Shown here piece after piece: positions 1 through 13,100 of a stretch of 64,000 bases of DNA. A program made the position numbers and the translations under genes. The notes beneath the pieces were generated by a model. The model saw only the letters and a list, made by a program, of their open reading frames with translations. It ran no database searches and was not told the DNA's origin. How positions within the stretch are numbered: the first letter of the stretch is position 1; every line of letters starts with the position of its first letter. Source of the DNA: Macrostomum lignano (Eukaryota); assembly GCA_002269645.1 (NCBI GenBank), contig NIVC01001599.1:1-64000 (forward strand), given 5' to 3'.

Positions 1-214
1 TAATTTTTTTGGCATGAGACTTCAAATTGAGGCTGACAAAATAACTACAGAGGCCTAGGTTATTGAGCTGCGACCTTGCGAGTACACCGTGAGACAGATT
101 TGGGGTCAGCTTAAAAATTAAAATATTATCCTTTTGCAAATGGCAGTTTAATGAGATAGCCATGCCCCACTTCAATGTCTACGCTCCATTGAGAAATGAT
201 GCTTATAATGAATG

Positions 215-497
215 AGCTATGCTGATGCAGTCTGATGGTGTGTTCCGGAATGAGCTGATTCAGTTTGATGGTGTGTTCCAGACTGAGCTGATGCAGTTTG
301 ATGGTATGTCCCGGGATAACCTGATGGAGTTTGATGGTGTGTTTTGGAATGAGCTGATGCAGTTTGATGGTGTGTTCCGGAATGAGCTGATGCAGTTTGA
401 TGGTGTGTTCCGGAATGAGCTGATGCAGTTTGATGGTGTGTTCCGGAATGAGCTGATGCAGTTTGATGGTGTGTTCCGGAATGACCTGATCCAATTT
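215..497. repeat. 33-bp intronic minisatellite (GAGCTGATGCAGTTTGATGGTGTGTTCCGGAAT), about 8 copies
   Basis: Tandem units read directly. It lies upstream of the TTGCAG acceptor at 593 and explains the repetitive ORFs 126..494 and 219..512. Confidence 0.9.
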
Positions 498-593
498 GAT
501 GATCTATACTGATGAATTTGAAGTTGGTCTGATTTTTGATAAAGTTTCGATTAGATTCCTCATTACATCAAATCAACGCCTCTCATCTTGCAG

Positions 594-1018
594 GTACATG
601 ACCGAAGGCCAGGTTGAGAACAGCTTCATGTACAGCGTGCCGGGGCATCCATTCGTGATGGAGCTGATCAAACAGGTGGAGAAGCGACCGTTCGGGTCGC
701 CCGAGGACACCACCGGACCCTACCTGCTGATGCGGGGCATCAATCGGAAGCGAAAATCACCTGACGGAATGCCTGCCACATTTCGCGGCCTGAAATACCT
801 GACGATCTTTCCGCCGAGGTATTTCAATCCGTTCACCTGGCTGGGCAGGACCGAGCCGGCCTGCAAGGACAAGGGCGGCTTCACACGAGCCGAGGAGGAG
901 CTGCAAGGCGGCGTTCAGGAACTCGAGCTACGTACTGCAGTACCACACCCAGGTGTGGCTGGCCGGGGCCGGCATCTCAATAAAGACTGAAGAGCAATGT
1001 GTGAAGATGAATTGCTAA
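594..1018 (+). CDS. Last exon of a glycosyltransferase family 32 (DXD, alpha-1,4-GT/OCH1-like) gene; apparent 1-bp frameshift near 885
   Basis: CAG acceptor ends at 593. Translation has ENSFMYSVPGHPF, TGP and IFPPRYFNP, resembling GT32 motifs. The +1 frame continues CKAAFRNSSYVLQYHTQVW to TAA at 1016-1018. Upstream exons are outside the window. Confidence 0.65.
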
Positions 1019-1845
1019 TCTAGCACAGCTTGAAAGTAGAACGAATGTCTTTATAAACCAAGCAATTATAGTCACAGCTGGAGTTAACTGCCGCGCTGCG
1101 GACGAACTGATGTGCATCGATTTATTTTGATCATATTTTATTTTTGCTTTACAGCTTCAGCTTTCTGTGACCTGTTTTGCCAAACATAAATATCTTTTAA
1201 CTGATTTCTGTAACTGTCTGTCTGTCAAAACTGTTATTTTCAATATTTATGTATCGACGCCAACTTTATTAATTCAATATGGCAATATAATGCCAAAAAG
1301 TGCCTATTGATTTCAAATTCATTATAATTACCCCAAGCCCGAATCTTCTTGGCTTCCTGTTTATAGTTCAGCGATTATGTCTGGCTGTTCTTGAAGTACG
1401 CTTTTGCAGTGCTGTGGTGGCAGTTCTGTGGTCGCAGATATTTGCGTATATTAATCCATAGCTGTAATTTAGGCTAGATTGATCAAAAGCGCAGTTTACT
1501 GCCTTGGGGTGAGAATCTAACTCTGCGTTTGTGCGCACAGCTACCATGGCCTATAGCATTTGCCCAGCTATCTGCACATGTGAACACCCGAAAGCCGCTC
1601 AAAATATGTAGCTAAACCATGCATGGGGGCAGGGAGCATGAAACAGGTGATTAGGACCCAGCTGAGCCAGTCTGTTTTTTGCTGCACCGGAACGGAGCAA
1701 CGCTGCAGCTCACGAAATTCAAGAACACGGGCTAACTTTTTGTTGCACACCTTCTCAAACAAGAATCCAGTCCAGAATCGAGATATTCGTCGATTCTGCC
1801 AGAAGTTAGGATTTTTTCCATTTTTCCCACGGAATAACGACTGAA

Positions 1846-2130
1846 TGCTTGAGAAGCTAGTTGAGGATACCTAGCAGCTGAGGCTTACCCATTATTGAAG
1901 CTTGATAACAAAAGCCTGACATGCATGTAGTTGCAACAGGATCTCCATGCTAGAGAGACTAACTGAAGATGTCCAGCAGTTGTGTGATTTTCCTTCTGTC
2001 GAGGCTTGATCAGCGAACCTCGAGAAATTTGCAACAGCGGGTCCATAGTCACCTGGTGCTACCTGTTGAAGGTCCAGAAGCTCCGCCTGGGTGAAAGCCA
2101 GTGACAAACGAAGTCACAGCTGATGCAGAC
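1846..2130. repeat. Dispersed repeat, copy 1 (related copy at about 3349..3530)
   Basis: GTCGAGGCTTGAT...GTCCATAGTCACCTGG...GTTGAAGGTCCAGAAGCTC...GGGTGAA...AACGAAGTCACAGCTGATGCAGA occurs in both places with scattered mismatches. Confidence 0.7.
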
Positions 2131-2925
2131 ACATGATTTCAAAGGGCGTGAGCGGAATTAGTTATCGACGAGACCCAACAGTTGAGTTAAGGCTCCTCCG
2201 GTAAAAGCCTTGATAAAGTGCGCCAAAATCTGCCGCATTTAACACTTACTCCGCACTTACTCGTATTTATAAAGCGCAACATTCAATGCACAAGTATCGA
2301 AATAGGCCAATGTGGGATAAGCTCCATTTATATTTACAACGCTTCAAAGACAGTAAGTAAACCACTGCAGATTTTTTAGAGCAGTCAACTTCTGAAAAAT
2401 ATAAAATGTAACCCAAAATCGACGACTTCCACTCAAGGACGACATAAGTAGTAGGACGGGAAACCTCGTTTCTTAGAAAAATTTTAGAAAGCAGGTTTTC
2501 CCGAAAAAATACACTAGGGAGATAGGGATTTTTGTTATTGCTTTTGATTGGAGGCAGATCCAGTGTTCATCTTTTGATATGTTGTGCCTTTCTTATTGCT
2601 CTATCGATATTTATAAAGCTTTTCGTTCAGAAAAATAGGATTCTTATGTTGATTTATTATTCTACGTACGAAAAATCAAACATTCTTTGATTCTTTTGTT
2701 AACACGACCTGTTTGATGGCATAAATTTCGGGATTTATGCCAAACGCATATCCAGCAGATTGCAGACATCAGTATTAACGGTGAAAAAACAGTCTTTACG
2801 AATAAAAGGTATGCGTTTGAGTCCATAAAGTTTTGAGGAAACACACCAAGAAAGAAAACATGTATAAAAAGTTTGACGCAAAGTCCAGTCAAGTTACAGT
2901 TGGCTTCTAAGATCACGTTCTTCAC

Positions 2926-2990
2926 CAGGGGTTGGCAAACTCTGGCCCGCGGGTCCTTTGAAACTAATTCACAATAGCAATCCGGCCCGC
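2926..2990 (+). mobile_element. Solitary hAT-like terminus (CAGGGGTTGGCAAAC...GGCCCGCGGG...ATCCGGCCC)
   Basis: Resembles hAT/Charlie-type termini and their GGCCCG subterminal motifs. The partner TIR was not found. Confidence 0.35.
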
Positions 2991-3348
2991 TCAAGGTTTG
3001 TGTCTTTTCTCAGCTCCCTTCTCTACTTTCTCGAGTTTCTTCCAATCCTCAGCTATAGGGATTTCAGTGCCGGGTTATTTATTAATGAAGACGCACTTTT
3101 TCGATCTTTGAACCGGCGATTGAGTGCCTATCTCTTTTCTTTTACTAATAGTAGGCTAGTGAGCAGAGGGCTTTATTTTTAATGCCTGGGGTTCTGAATT
3201 TCCTGATTTAAGGACAATTACTGTTTAGGGATATTTTGCGTAGCAAGTTATCTTGCCGAACTTTGATTTACGATCACCTACCTGCCACTTTTGGCGCCTA
3301 AGATACTGAAAAAGTGCATGATCTTCAGTGGATTTGTGATGACGAAAT

Positions 3349-3530
3349 GCTTGAGAGACTAGCTGAGGATTTCCAGCAGTTGGGGCTTGCCCACACTGTC
3401 GAGGCTTGATGGGCGAAACTATAGAGAAATTCGCATCAGGGTGTCCATAGTCACCTGGGCCCCCAGTTGAAGGTCCAGAAGCTCTGCCTGGGTGAAGGCT
3501 AGTGACCAACGAAGTCACAGCTGATGCAGA
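3349..3530. repeat. Dispersed repeat, copy 2
   Basis: Direct-orientation homologue of 1846..2130. Confidence 0.7.
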
Positions 3531-4115
3531 TACATAAGGTCGACGTGCTGTTGAAATTTGGAGACTTGGGAAGGCTGCACTGAGGCGCAGTGTGTTGATT
3601 GGCGCACAGGGGTGTACTCTGAATACACTTGCGCTTATGGGAAAAATCCGACCTTCTGGCAGAATCGTCAAATATCTCGACGGTCTGGAGGGCTGGCGAC
3701 TTGATTCCTGTTTGAGAAGGTGAGGAACAAAAAGTTGGCCTGTGTTCACGAATTTCGTGTGACTGCATACGGCGCAGCAAAAAAATTGTCAGGAACTACC
3801 TTCTTTGTAGTTCGACCGACGGGCGCAAAAATGGCTTGGTAATCCTACTTTTAAACTCCATATAAAGCATACACTTGACAACTTTGCAGGATAATATAGT
3901 ATACATGTGTATGCAAAAAATCCCTGAAAATGGAATCAGTCTTTTAAGGTCGTTATAAGCATGCATGTTTTATATCAAAATAATTTACCGCTGGAAGTTT
4001 CACATTAGGCAATTACTGAATAGGTTTATCAAAAAAATTAATTTGCAGCAAATTTTCCAGTTAATTTCGCATTGAAATCTACGCTGAATCTGTGTTTACA
4101 TTTTAATGCGGTGTT

Positions 4116-6454
4116 TTGGACGCGGTTATCCGCGCGCGCTGTCTAAAATCGCATTGTTCTATAGCTATACTTAAAGATTTAAGAAACGCTGCTAGACATG
4201 CCTGCAGAAGATATAAAACCTTCCCTACTCACAACAACCTCTCAAGCAAAGTACAACTCAAAAAAGCATACGAAAAAAAGCTCACTTCATGGAAATTTGA
4301 AACAACTCCCTGTGCAGACAACATGATCAACCAGGCCTTTATTCAAAACGATACAAAACAACTTTGGAACCTATTAAAAACACCAAATCCCTCAAACAAC
4401 AGAGTAACAATTGATGAAAAATTTATCATACACTTTCAAAATCTTGTAACTGAACAAGACAGCAGCATTAGACTTTCATACAATCTTCACCTTGACAACC
4501 CTATTCTGGCTGATTTAGAGGCTTTCAATGCCCCATTCACCAAAGAAGAAGTTATAAAACATATTAAAAAGCTCAAAACCGACAAAGCACCTGGGCACGA
4601 TAAAGTATATGTAGAAACACTCAAATACCTCGAGAACGAACTTGCTGACCTCCTATGCTCACTTTTCAACAAAGCACTCAAACAAGGAACCTTCCCAACT
4701 AGTTGGATAACAAATACACTTCATCCGATTTATAAAAACAAAGGCAGCAGTGCCGACCCCAACAATTACAGAGGAATCTGCATTAAACCAATTCTTGGTT
4801 TATTAAATCCAGACTCGAAAACCTAGCATACGCAAACAATCTTACTGGTATATCAAAATACCAATACGGTTGCAAGCCCAATCACAGCACAATCGACCAA
4901 TGTTTTAATCTTTACAACATTATAAACCAATCCATCTACAACAAAGAAGAACTCTTTATTGGATTTGTTGACTATGAAAAAGCCTTCGATAGCTTAAATC
5001 AACCGACCCTTTGGCACAAAACGGATAACCAGGGTATTAAAGGTCAAATGACGGAACTTATCAAGAACATGCATAAAAATGCCTGCTTCATTCTAAAAAA
5101 AGATGATGATGATGATGATGAAACCCAGCCAATCCCTATCTAAAGGTGTTCTTCAAGGCAACCCTCTCTCTACCATCCTTTTTGAACTATATATTGACGA
5201 CATTGTTGAATATCTTGAACTCTCTAGCGCTAGGCGCTCTCTTTCGAGATCTGCTTTCCCACTCATCCTACTCTTTGCAGACGATCAAGCCATTCTAGCT
5301 AAAAACAAAGACGAACTTCAAGACACATTTACGACTATGGAAAATTACTGCAAACAAAATTACTTGAAAGTAAACGCAAGCAAAACAAAGTTCATGCAGG
5401 GCAATACCAGACAAAAAAACGACACAGAAAGCATTGCTACAAAAATATACTACGACAACCAAGAAATAGAGGAAGTAAATGAATTTAAATACCTGGGAAT
5501 TATTTTTGAACCAAAAAACAGCTTTAAAAAATGTATTGAACACCAAACTAAGCAGGGATATACAGCCATGTTTTCCCTACTCCATAGGGTAAAGAATACG
5601 TCCCTAGACATCACACTCATTCGCAGACTATTCGACGCGCTTGTTACCCCCGTTATCACTTACGGTTGTGAGCTCTGGGGCCCTCTGGCTACCATGTCTG
5701 ATACAAAAGCTATTGATAATATTCAGCTGAAATTCTACAAATATCTCCTCAATCTACCAAAATTTGCTAGCAACAGTGTGATATCATCAGAACTTGAGCT
5801 TACTTCAATCTCTCAACGAATCGCTAAAACCTACCTCATCTACTGGCTGAAGATTAGACACAAAAAACTCTGCCAAACGACTCTAGAAATTTTCTACTCA
5901 AACCCGGCCAAAAAAATCCATGGAAAATGAATGTACTAAAGAAACTAGAAAGTATAGACCTAAAAGCACTAACTGAAGATAAACTTTCCCAAAGCTTTAA
6001 TAACGAGAAATACCTAGTGAAAAAGCACCTCAAGATACACAGAGAAAGAGAACTTAGCCAAAAGCTAGAGAATTGCAGCAACATATTAAACTCTACAAAA
6101 ACGCCTATCTCTACAAAAAAATCTGCAGGCCCGACCTTTCAGATTACTTTCCATGCACATTTAGAAACAAAAAATTCTTAACAACCCTCCTAAAACTGAA
6201 ATGCGAGAGTACACCCAACTTTTTTTCTCAAGAACCCATGTAAAATGTGTGGAGCGCGAAATGGTTCTGACATTCTACACTACTTGACCGAATGTCCACA
6301 AACTGAAGAGATCAGGAAAAAATACTTCTGTCAATATCTCTTAAATGGCAATCAAATACACAAGATAGGATATGCTACAAATGAAAAAAGAGTCAGAAAA
6401 GAACTCACTGGTGTAGCTAAAATATATGAAGTTATGAATAGCCAAAACAGTTAA
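4116..6454 (+). mobile_element. Decayed, 5'-truncated AT-rich LINE (L2/CR1-group-like) with RT ORF broken by several frameshifts
   Basis: RT motifs KAPGHD, NYRGI, FVDYEKAFDS, GVLQGNPLS, LLFADD and FKYLG are spread over several frames. C-terminal C-x2-C...H-x4-C knuckle (CKMC...HYLTEC). (GAT)n expansion at 5102-5120. Confidence 0.9.
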
Positions 6455-7319
6455 ACAAACTGAATCAGATACATTAGCAGTGTAACAAATCCGCTTTTCA
6501 GTTATTTATTCATTTACTGTCTTTTTTAATTTCCTATTTAAATCGTCGTTATTCGTTAAACGTAAAGTTCGTCGAAGTATGTTTATGTTCGTTTTTCCCG
6601 CTTTGAAATATCACGCGTTTTCAAAAATACTGCATCTTTTTACAAAAAAACTTTAGACGCTCTTTCAAATACCTTACTTTTACAAATATCGTAACTCGCA
6701 TCGTAACTCGTGTAAAAATTTAACTTTTGAACAAATACTAAATACATCGGATTATACTGGCAAAACAGGCTCCTTAAGCCTGAGCCAAATTTACTACTAC
6801 ATATACATCATCATGTAGTGTGTAGGAAAAACTGGTTGTCTATTGACTGGGTATTCAATACATTTTTGAATTGCTCCATACTGCTAACCGCATAACTTGA
6901 CTTGAAGAAGTAAGAGTAGTAAAATGCAGAATCTGCAGTCATCAATGCAGTGCAGTGTATATATTTAAATTAAAGTTACGCAGCTTGGTATTGGTCAATC
7001 GTCATTTCATGACCAATGAAATAATGATCAATGTCAATGATGTGGTTTGTTCCTCATGGATTTAGTAGGCCCTTATAGTAATTTTTTAATCCTGTTGGTT
7101 GTATTTTTAAATTTACAAGTAGGCCTAATTATTTATAATATTGTAGGCCCCTAATAATTATTCTGTATTAAATAAAATTGAAATTGTGAATAAAATTCTT
7201 TTTTCTTTTTTCAATACTCAATAGTTTAGGCCTAGAGTTGTTGACCATGACTAGGCCTATAGTAAAAAACTTAATATGCTAAATTATTAATGCTAGAGCT
7301 AGAAGAAATGCTGGCTATC

Positions 7320-7901
7320 CTATCCTTCAGTTTCGTTCGTTTAATTATTTTCAGTCTTAGGCCTATATTATTTTTTACCCCTTTTTCAGCATGGTGGGTC
7401 ACCCATCTGCTTCGACAACAATTGTCACGACATGAAATAAGACTATCATTGCCGCATGGTGTCCTTCATCGGTGTCTTGAGGGCCCACTAGTACAGGAAG
7501 TCCACTAGTTGGGTTAGCTGCAAGTGGCTACACTCAAAGAATGAGCCTTTCCTGATAGACTCCTGAGTGCGGCAGTCCTTGCAGGCCCAGGCCTAGCCAT
7601 CAACGTAACGATCACCTTGATGACATTGAAGCTGCATTTAGGGTGTCATAGAGCAGTTATCGTTGTGGCACTGGCGCTCGTTAGGCAGCAGCCGGTACTT
7701 CACCAGCCAGCGCATCACAGATTGGTGTCAGCAGTCAGGATAGGCCTAGCAAGGTCACGCATCTTCATGAATGGAAGATCGCATAGGTCAGTCGTTGGCC
7801 TGACCTCAGCCAGTGGGACAATCGTCGTTGGAGCAGATGGGTGACCCGCCATGCTAAAAAAGGGGTAAAAAATAATTAAACAAACAAAACTGAAGGATAG
7901 C
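7320..7901. mobile_element. MITE-like element with ~85-bp imperfect terminal inverted repeats
   Basis: The left arm CTATCCTTCAGTTT...GGGTCACCCATCTGCT... (7320-7426, with a ~23-bp insertion) is the reverse complement of ...AGCAGATGGGTGACCC...AAACTGAAGGATAG (7817-7900). No ORF of note inside. Confidence 0.75.
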
Positions 7902-8669
7902 CCTAATCGCTAATATGGAAGACAAAATTTTAGTAAAAGTTTTTTACTATTGAAAAGGCCTGTCTTTGCTCTTTTCAAATGCAATGCTTATTCTATTCAA
8001 TTCACTTTACATGCATAGAATAAAAAATGAAGGCTCAAAATTAAGAAGAAAAGTACTTTGGCAAAAATAAGAAACCTTTTAAAAATGTTTTTTTTATTGA
8101 TTTGGGATGATATTAATAACAAACTATATCTATATTATATATTTTTCATAAAAATTAGTTTTAAAAAAACTGCAATTGGCCTATGCTAAGGGCTCCAGTG
8201 AGATTTTGAAACTTCTAAATTTCTAATTTAAGATGTCAGATATGAACTTAAAAGTCAAAATGGAGCCCAAAGCCTCTTCATTACAATCAATTCTAGAACC
8301 AGAATCAGTTTGGATTTCCAAGAAAAAAGCAGTATAACTATTTAACTTTGTTGAATGTTTGACTGCCTTAACAGCCCCACTTTACACAATTTTTCACTTT
8401 CTTCTTGGCTTTTGCCATTCAATAATCACAATTTTAAAGCACTAATATCCCTTTAGTTTAGGAGACAAAAAGTTATACTTTACAAAATGGTTTTGGTTCT
8501 AGAACCAGAACAAGCAATATGAAGAGCCTCCAGGTCCAAATTTCTCTATGTCAATCTCTTCATTTGGAGCCAAATAGTTCCTGTTATGCCTAAAACCAAC
8601 CACTTTAGAATTTGGGATATCTATAGGGAGAAATAGGGATTTCATGTGAACTTAACTTTAAGCTACCAG

Positions 8670-9217
8670 ATAGTCAGCAAAGCTGACCATGGACTAACAG
8701 CCTTTACTTCTAGTAATTTTTTGGAGTCTGGTAAAAGAAAGTTAAGTGCTGCCACAGATAATAAAACATTAGATATTTTATTCTGCATTGAGTTAAGCAA
8801 TTTTTTGTTATAGTCTATGGCTCAAAAAAGTGTCTATTCTTTAGGTGAGCATCAGTGTGTATATGGCAAAAAAAATTGCTAGTTGCTCCCATGCTTGGGC
8901 GCAACCTAGGGATTTACCTGGCTGTTTCTATTGATAACACACATGTAAGTTGCTATTGGACAGAATAGTAGTCATGTGACTGCTCTCAGCCAATAGCGAC
9001 TTATATGTGTGTGTTGCCAATAGAAATGGCTGAGTGATTCCCAAGGTTGTGCATATATGGTTGCTCCAAAAATGAATTTTGACATAAGGCACTGCTGTTT
9101 GAGGCATCCATGTTCGTTCACACTACTAACCAAAGAGTAGTTGCAAAAATCTAAACAAGATCTGTGAGTGCTGCATAGTAGCCATTCCTGCCGAGCATGG
9201 TCAGCAATGCTGACCAT
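8670..9217. mobile_element. Degenerate foldback/palindromic element centred near 8974
   Basis: Arms 8925-8959 and 8990-9026 are near-perfect reverse complements. The outer GTCAGCA..GCTGACCATG motifs at ~8672 and ~9197-9217 also pair. Related fragments recur at 8534-8598 vs 9746-9809 and at ~9645. Confidence 0.55.
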
Positions 9218-10103
9218 TTACAAAAATGGGTGAAATAAGTCCTACTTATCTGCAATGGAATGTAGCAACTTGGTTTCAGCATTCTCTATGATGACATCAT
9301 CAGTCTCAGAATCTAATGTATGAAAAATGACCATGGTTGTAGCTGATTTACTTTTCAATAAAATGACGCACTACTCGAATGAAGTGCTTATTAAGTAGGT
9401 GCAGTGCTTTCTCTTTCAATCTCTTTCAAAAAGGCCTGATTGCAGATTTTAAAGTGAACCGTAGTGTCTATAGCTAGATATCAAGTGTACACACTGCATA
9501 ATCTATTTAGAGAGCATAAAGTAAACTGCACTTTAAAACTGCTTTTTTCTACCCTAGATTTGTCTAAGCTGAGTCCAAAATGCTCCCTTCTCAGCTAGAA
9601 AGGCTTTGTACAGGGGCGCAATAAGATTCTAGCTATGGTCTATGATCAGTCAGCCCAGCTGACCATGTCGACAGGAATGGAGCTTTTGTATTTCTAGCTC
9701 CAGCGCGAAAAGGTTAAGGTGCCAGAAAAGAGTCTAAAGCATCAGGTCCCAATTTCTCTATGCCAATCCCTTCATTTAGAGCCAAATAGCTCCCATTATG
9801 CCTAAAACCCATTTTATTTTCGCTCATTAAGTTGGTACTGTTCTCACTTCTTCATTTATTAAAGCTAAAAACAAAATCCTACACATAAAAGCCTCATTGA
9901 GGAATTACAAATGATTGACTACTGCTGTAATTTAATATCGAATTGATTTTTCTACCTATTTTATTGGAAACGGGACTCGCATGTCTATCAATCGATCCAA
10001 GGCCTCTCTTTGCCAGTCACTTTAATGTTATCCCAATTTCTGCTTGTAAAAAGTCCCCTCTAGCGACTCGTAAATCCCGGACCCCAGGATCTCTCTTGCA
10101 CAC

Positions 10104-13100
10104 ATGAGTTCAGTTCCCAGCATGCCGCAGCCCTACGGTGCTGGCGCCATCTTCGCCTTGCCTGAGTCCGAGATCAAGCTCGAGACCGCAGATGACGACG
10201 CCGTCATCGACTCCGCCAATGCCGTGGACACCAATCCAGATCGACGTCGTCGGCGCGCCGGCTGCGACGGCGACAAGCCGACAACGGTGAGAAAGAAAAA
10301 ATCCAAGATGACGCCGGCTGAATCCGCGGCTGCGGCGGCGCACAGCGGGGAAGCCCAGATATGCTCCGTCTGTGGCGACTTCGCCTCCGGCTTTCACTAC
10401 TCGGCGCTCACGTGCGAGGCCTGCAAGAGCTTCTTCAAGCGGACTGTGCAAGGTTTGACTGTCTGATCCCTGCTGTCTCCTCTGTCTGATCCTTGCTGTC
10501 TCCGCTGTCTGGTCCCTGCTGTCTCTGTCTGGTCCCTGCTGTCTCTGTCTGGTCCCTGCTGTCTCTGTCTGGTCCCTGTTGTCTCTGGTCCCTGCTGTCT
10601 CTGTCTGGTCCCTGCTGTCTCTGTCTGGTCCCTGCTGTCTCTGTCTGGTCCCTGCTGTCTCTGTCCCTGGTCTCCTGTCTGGTCCCTGCTGTCTCTGTCT
10701 GGTCCCTGTTGTCTCTGTCTGGTCCCTGCTGTCTCTGTCTGGTCCCTGCTGTCTCTGTCTGGTCCCTGCTGTCTCTGTCTGGTCCCTGTTGTCTCTGTCT
10801 GGTCCCTGCTGTCTCTGTCTGGTCCCTGCTGTCTCTGTCTGGTCCCTGCTGTCTCTGGTCCCTGCTGTCTCTGTCTGGTCCCTGTTGTCTCTGTCTGGTC
10901 CCTGCTGTCTCTGTCTGGTCCCTGTTGTCTCCTCTGTCTGGTCCCTGTGTCTCTGTCTGGTCCCTGCTGTCTCCTCTGTCTGGTCCCTGCTGTCTCTGTC
11001 TGATCCCTGTTGTCTCCTCTGTCTGATCCCTGCTGTCTCTCTGTCTGATCCCTGCTGTCTCCTCTGTCTGATCCCTGCTGTCTCCTCTGTCTGATCCCTG
11101 CTGTCTCCTCTGTCTGATCCCTGCTGTCTCCTCTGTCTGATCCCTGCTGTCTCCTCTGTCTGATCCCTGCTGTCTCTGTCTGATCCCTGCTGTCTCCTCT
11201 GTCTGATCCCTGCTGTCTCTCTGTCTGATCCCTGCTGTCTCCTGTTGATCCCTGCTGTCTCCTCTGTCTGATCCCTGCTGTCTCCTGTCTGATCCCTGCT
11301 GTCTCCTGTTGATCCCTGCTGTCTCCTCTGTCTGATCCCTGCTGTCTCTCTGTCTGATCCCTGCTGTCTCTCTGTCTGATCCCTGCTGTCTCCTCTGTCT
11401 GATCCCTGCTGTCTCTCTGTCTGATCCCTGCTGTCTCCTGTCTGGTCCCTGCTGTCTCCTCTGTCTGATCCCTGCTGTCTCCTGTTGATCCCTGCTGTCT
11501 CCTCTGTCTGATCCCTGCTGTCTCCTGTTTGATCCCTGCTGTCTCCTCTGTCTGGTCCCTGCTGTCTCTTCTGTCTGATCCCTCTGTCTCCTGTTTGATC
11601 CCTGCTGTCTCCTCTGTCTGATCCCTGCTGTCTCCTCTGTCTGGTCCCTGCTGTCTCCTCTGTCTGATCCCTGCTGTCTCCTGTTTGATCCCTGCTGTCT
11701 CCTCTGTCTGGTCCCTGCTGTCTCCTGTTTGATCCCTGCTGTCTCCTCTGTCTGATCCCTGCTGTCTCCTGTTTGATCCCTGCTGTCTCCTCTGTCTGAT
11801 CCCTGCTGTCTCCTGTTTGATCCCTGCTGTCTCCTCTGTCTGGTCCCTGCTGTCTCCTGTTTGATCCCTGCTGTCTCCTCTGTCTGGTCCCTGCTGTCTC
11901 CTCTGTCTGGTCCCTGCTGTCTCGTTTGTCTCATCCCTGCTGTCTCCTCTCTCTTTTCTCTAGTCTAAGGTCTTCTGCTTGGTAATTGAAGTATTTTCTT
12001 TGTCCCAACAGTTGCAATCTCATTCCTGACCCCCGTCTACAGTCTACAATGCTTTTTCTGGGATTTTCTTCTTAATAGCCACAAATCCCCTTTGCAGACA
12101 AGCACGAGTACACCTGCTCTGGGAACTTTGACTGCGCCGTCAGCAAGTCGATGCGCAAGTCCTGCCAGTACTGCCGCTTTCAAAAGTGCCTGCGTAACGG
12201 CATGCTGCCGCAGGGTGAGCCGGCTGGGACTCCCGGGATCTGGGATCAGTGTAGCATTGGGATCTGGGATCAGTGTAGCATTGGGATCTGGGATCAGTGT
12301 AGCATTGGGATCTGTTATTCTCTCTTCCAGACGTCCGCATGGATCGCACCCGGGGCGGTCGCAAAAAGTGCAAGCGAACTTCTCGCGAGCAGTTCGACCA
12401 GCTTGTGGAGCGAATTGCCGTGGCCGGCGGGCCCGCAGTCGTGGCCGAAGAGTCCTCGCCACCCCTTCGGCGCCAGCCTCAGCAGGCCCAGCTGTCCCCG
12501 GCTGTCTCGGTGCCGACTCCTTCGCCGCGAGGGGCCTCCTCGGGCACCGAGAAGCCATCGGGCGATCCGTTGGAGAGCTTCATTCGAGAGGCCCTGGCCA
12601 GCGACTGGATTAGCAGGCCGCTGCAAATCCACCCCACTCCATTGTCGCACGCTGACATGCATTCTGCGCTGAAGTGAGCTTAATATTGCTTTTAATCCGC
12701 CGGTTCTTGACTGAAATCTTCCCAGATCCCAGTTCTGAATCTACTGATCCCCAACCGGACACTTCCCAGATCCCAGCCAGTTCTGAATCTACTAATCCCC
12801 AACCGGACACTTCCCAGATCCCAGCCAGTTCTGAATCTACTGATCCCCAACCGGACACTTCCCAGATCCCAGTTCTGAATCTACTGATCCCCAACCGGAC
12901 ACTTCCCAGATCCCAGCCAGTTCTAAATCTACTGATCCCCAACTGGACACTTCCCAGATCCCAGTTCTGAATCTACTGATCCCCAACCGGACACTTCCCA
13001 GATCCAGTTCTGAATCTACTGATCCCCAACCGGATACTTCCCAAATCCAGTTCTGAATCTACTGATCCCCAACCGGACACTTCCCAGATCCCAGTTCTGA

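Noticed and set aside
3225-3780. 174-aa and 93-aa minus-strand ORFs
   Set aside because: No recognisable motifs. They overlap a dispersed non-coding repeat.
10435-11934. 499-aa RQQG-repeat ORF on the minus strand
   Set aside because: Antisense reading of the nuclear receptor intron-1 minisatellite.
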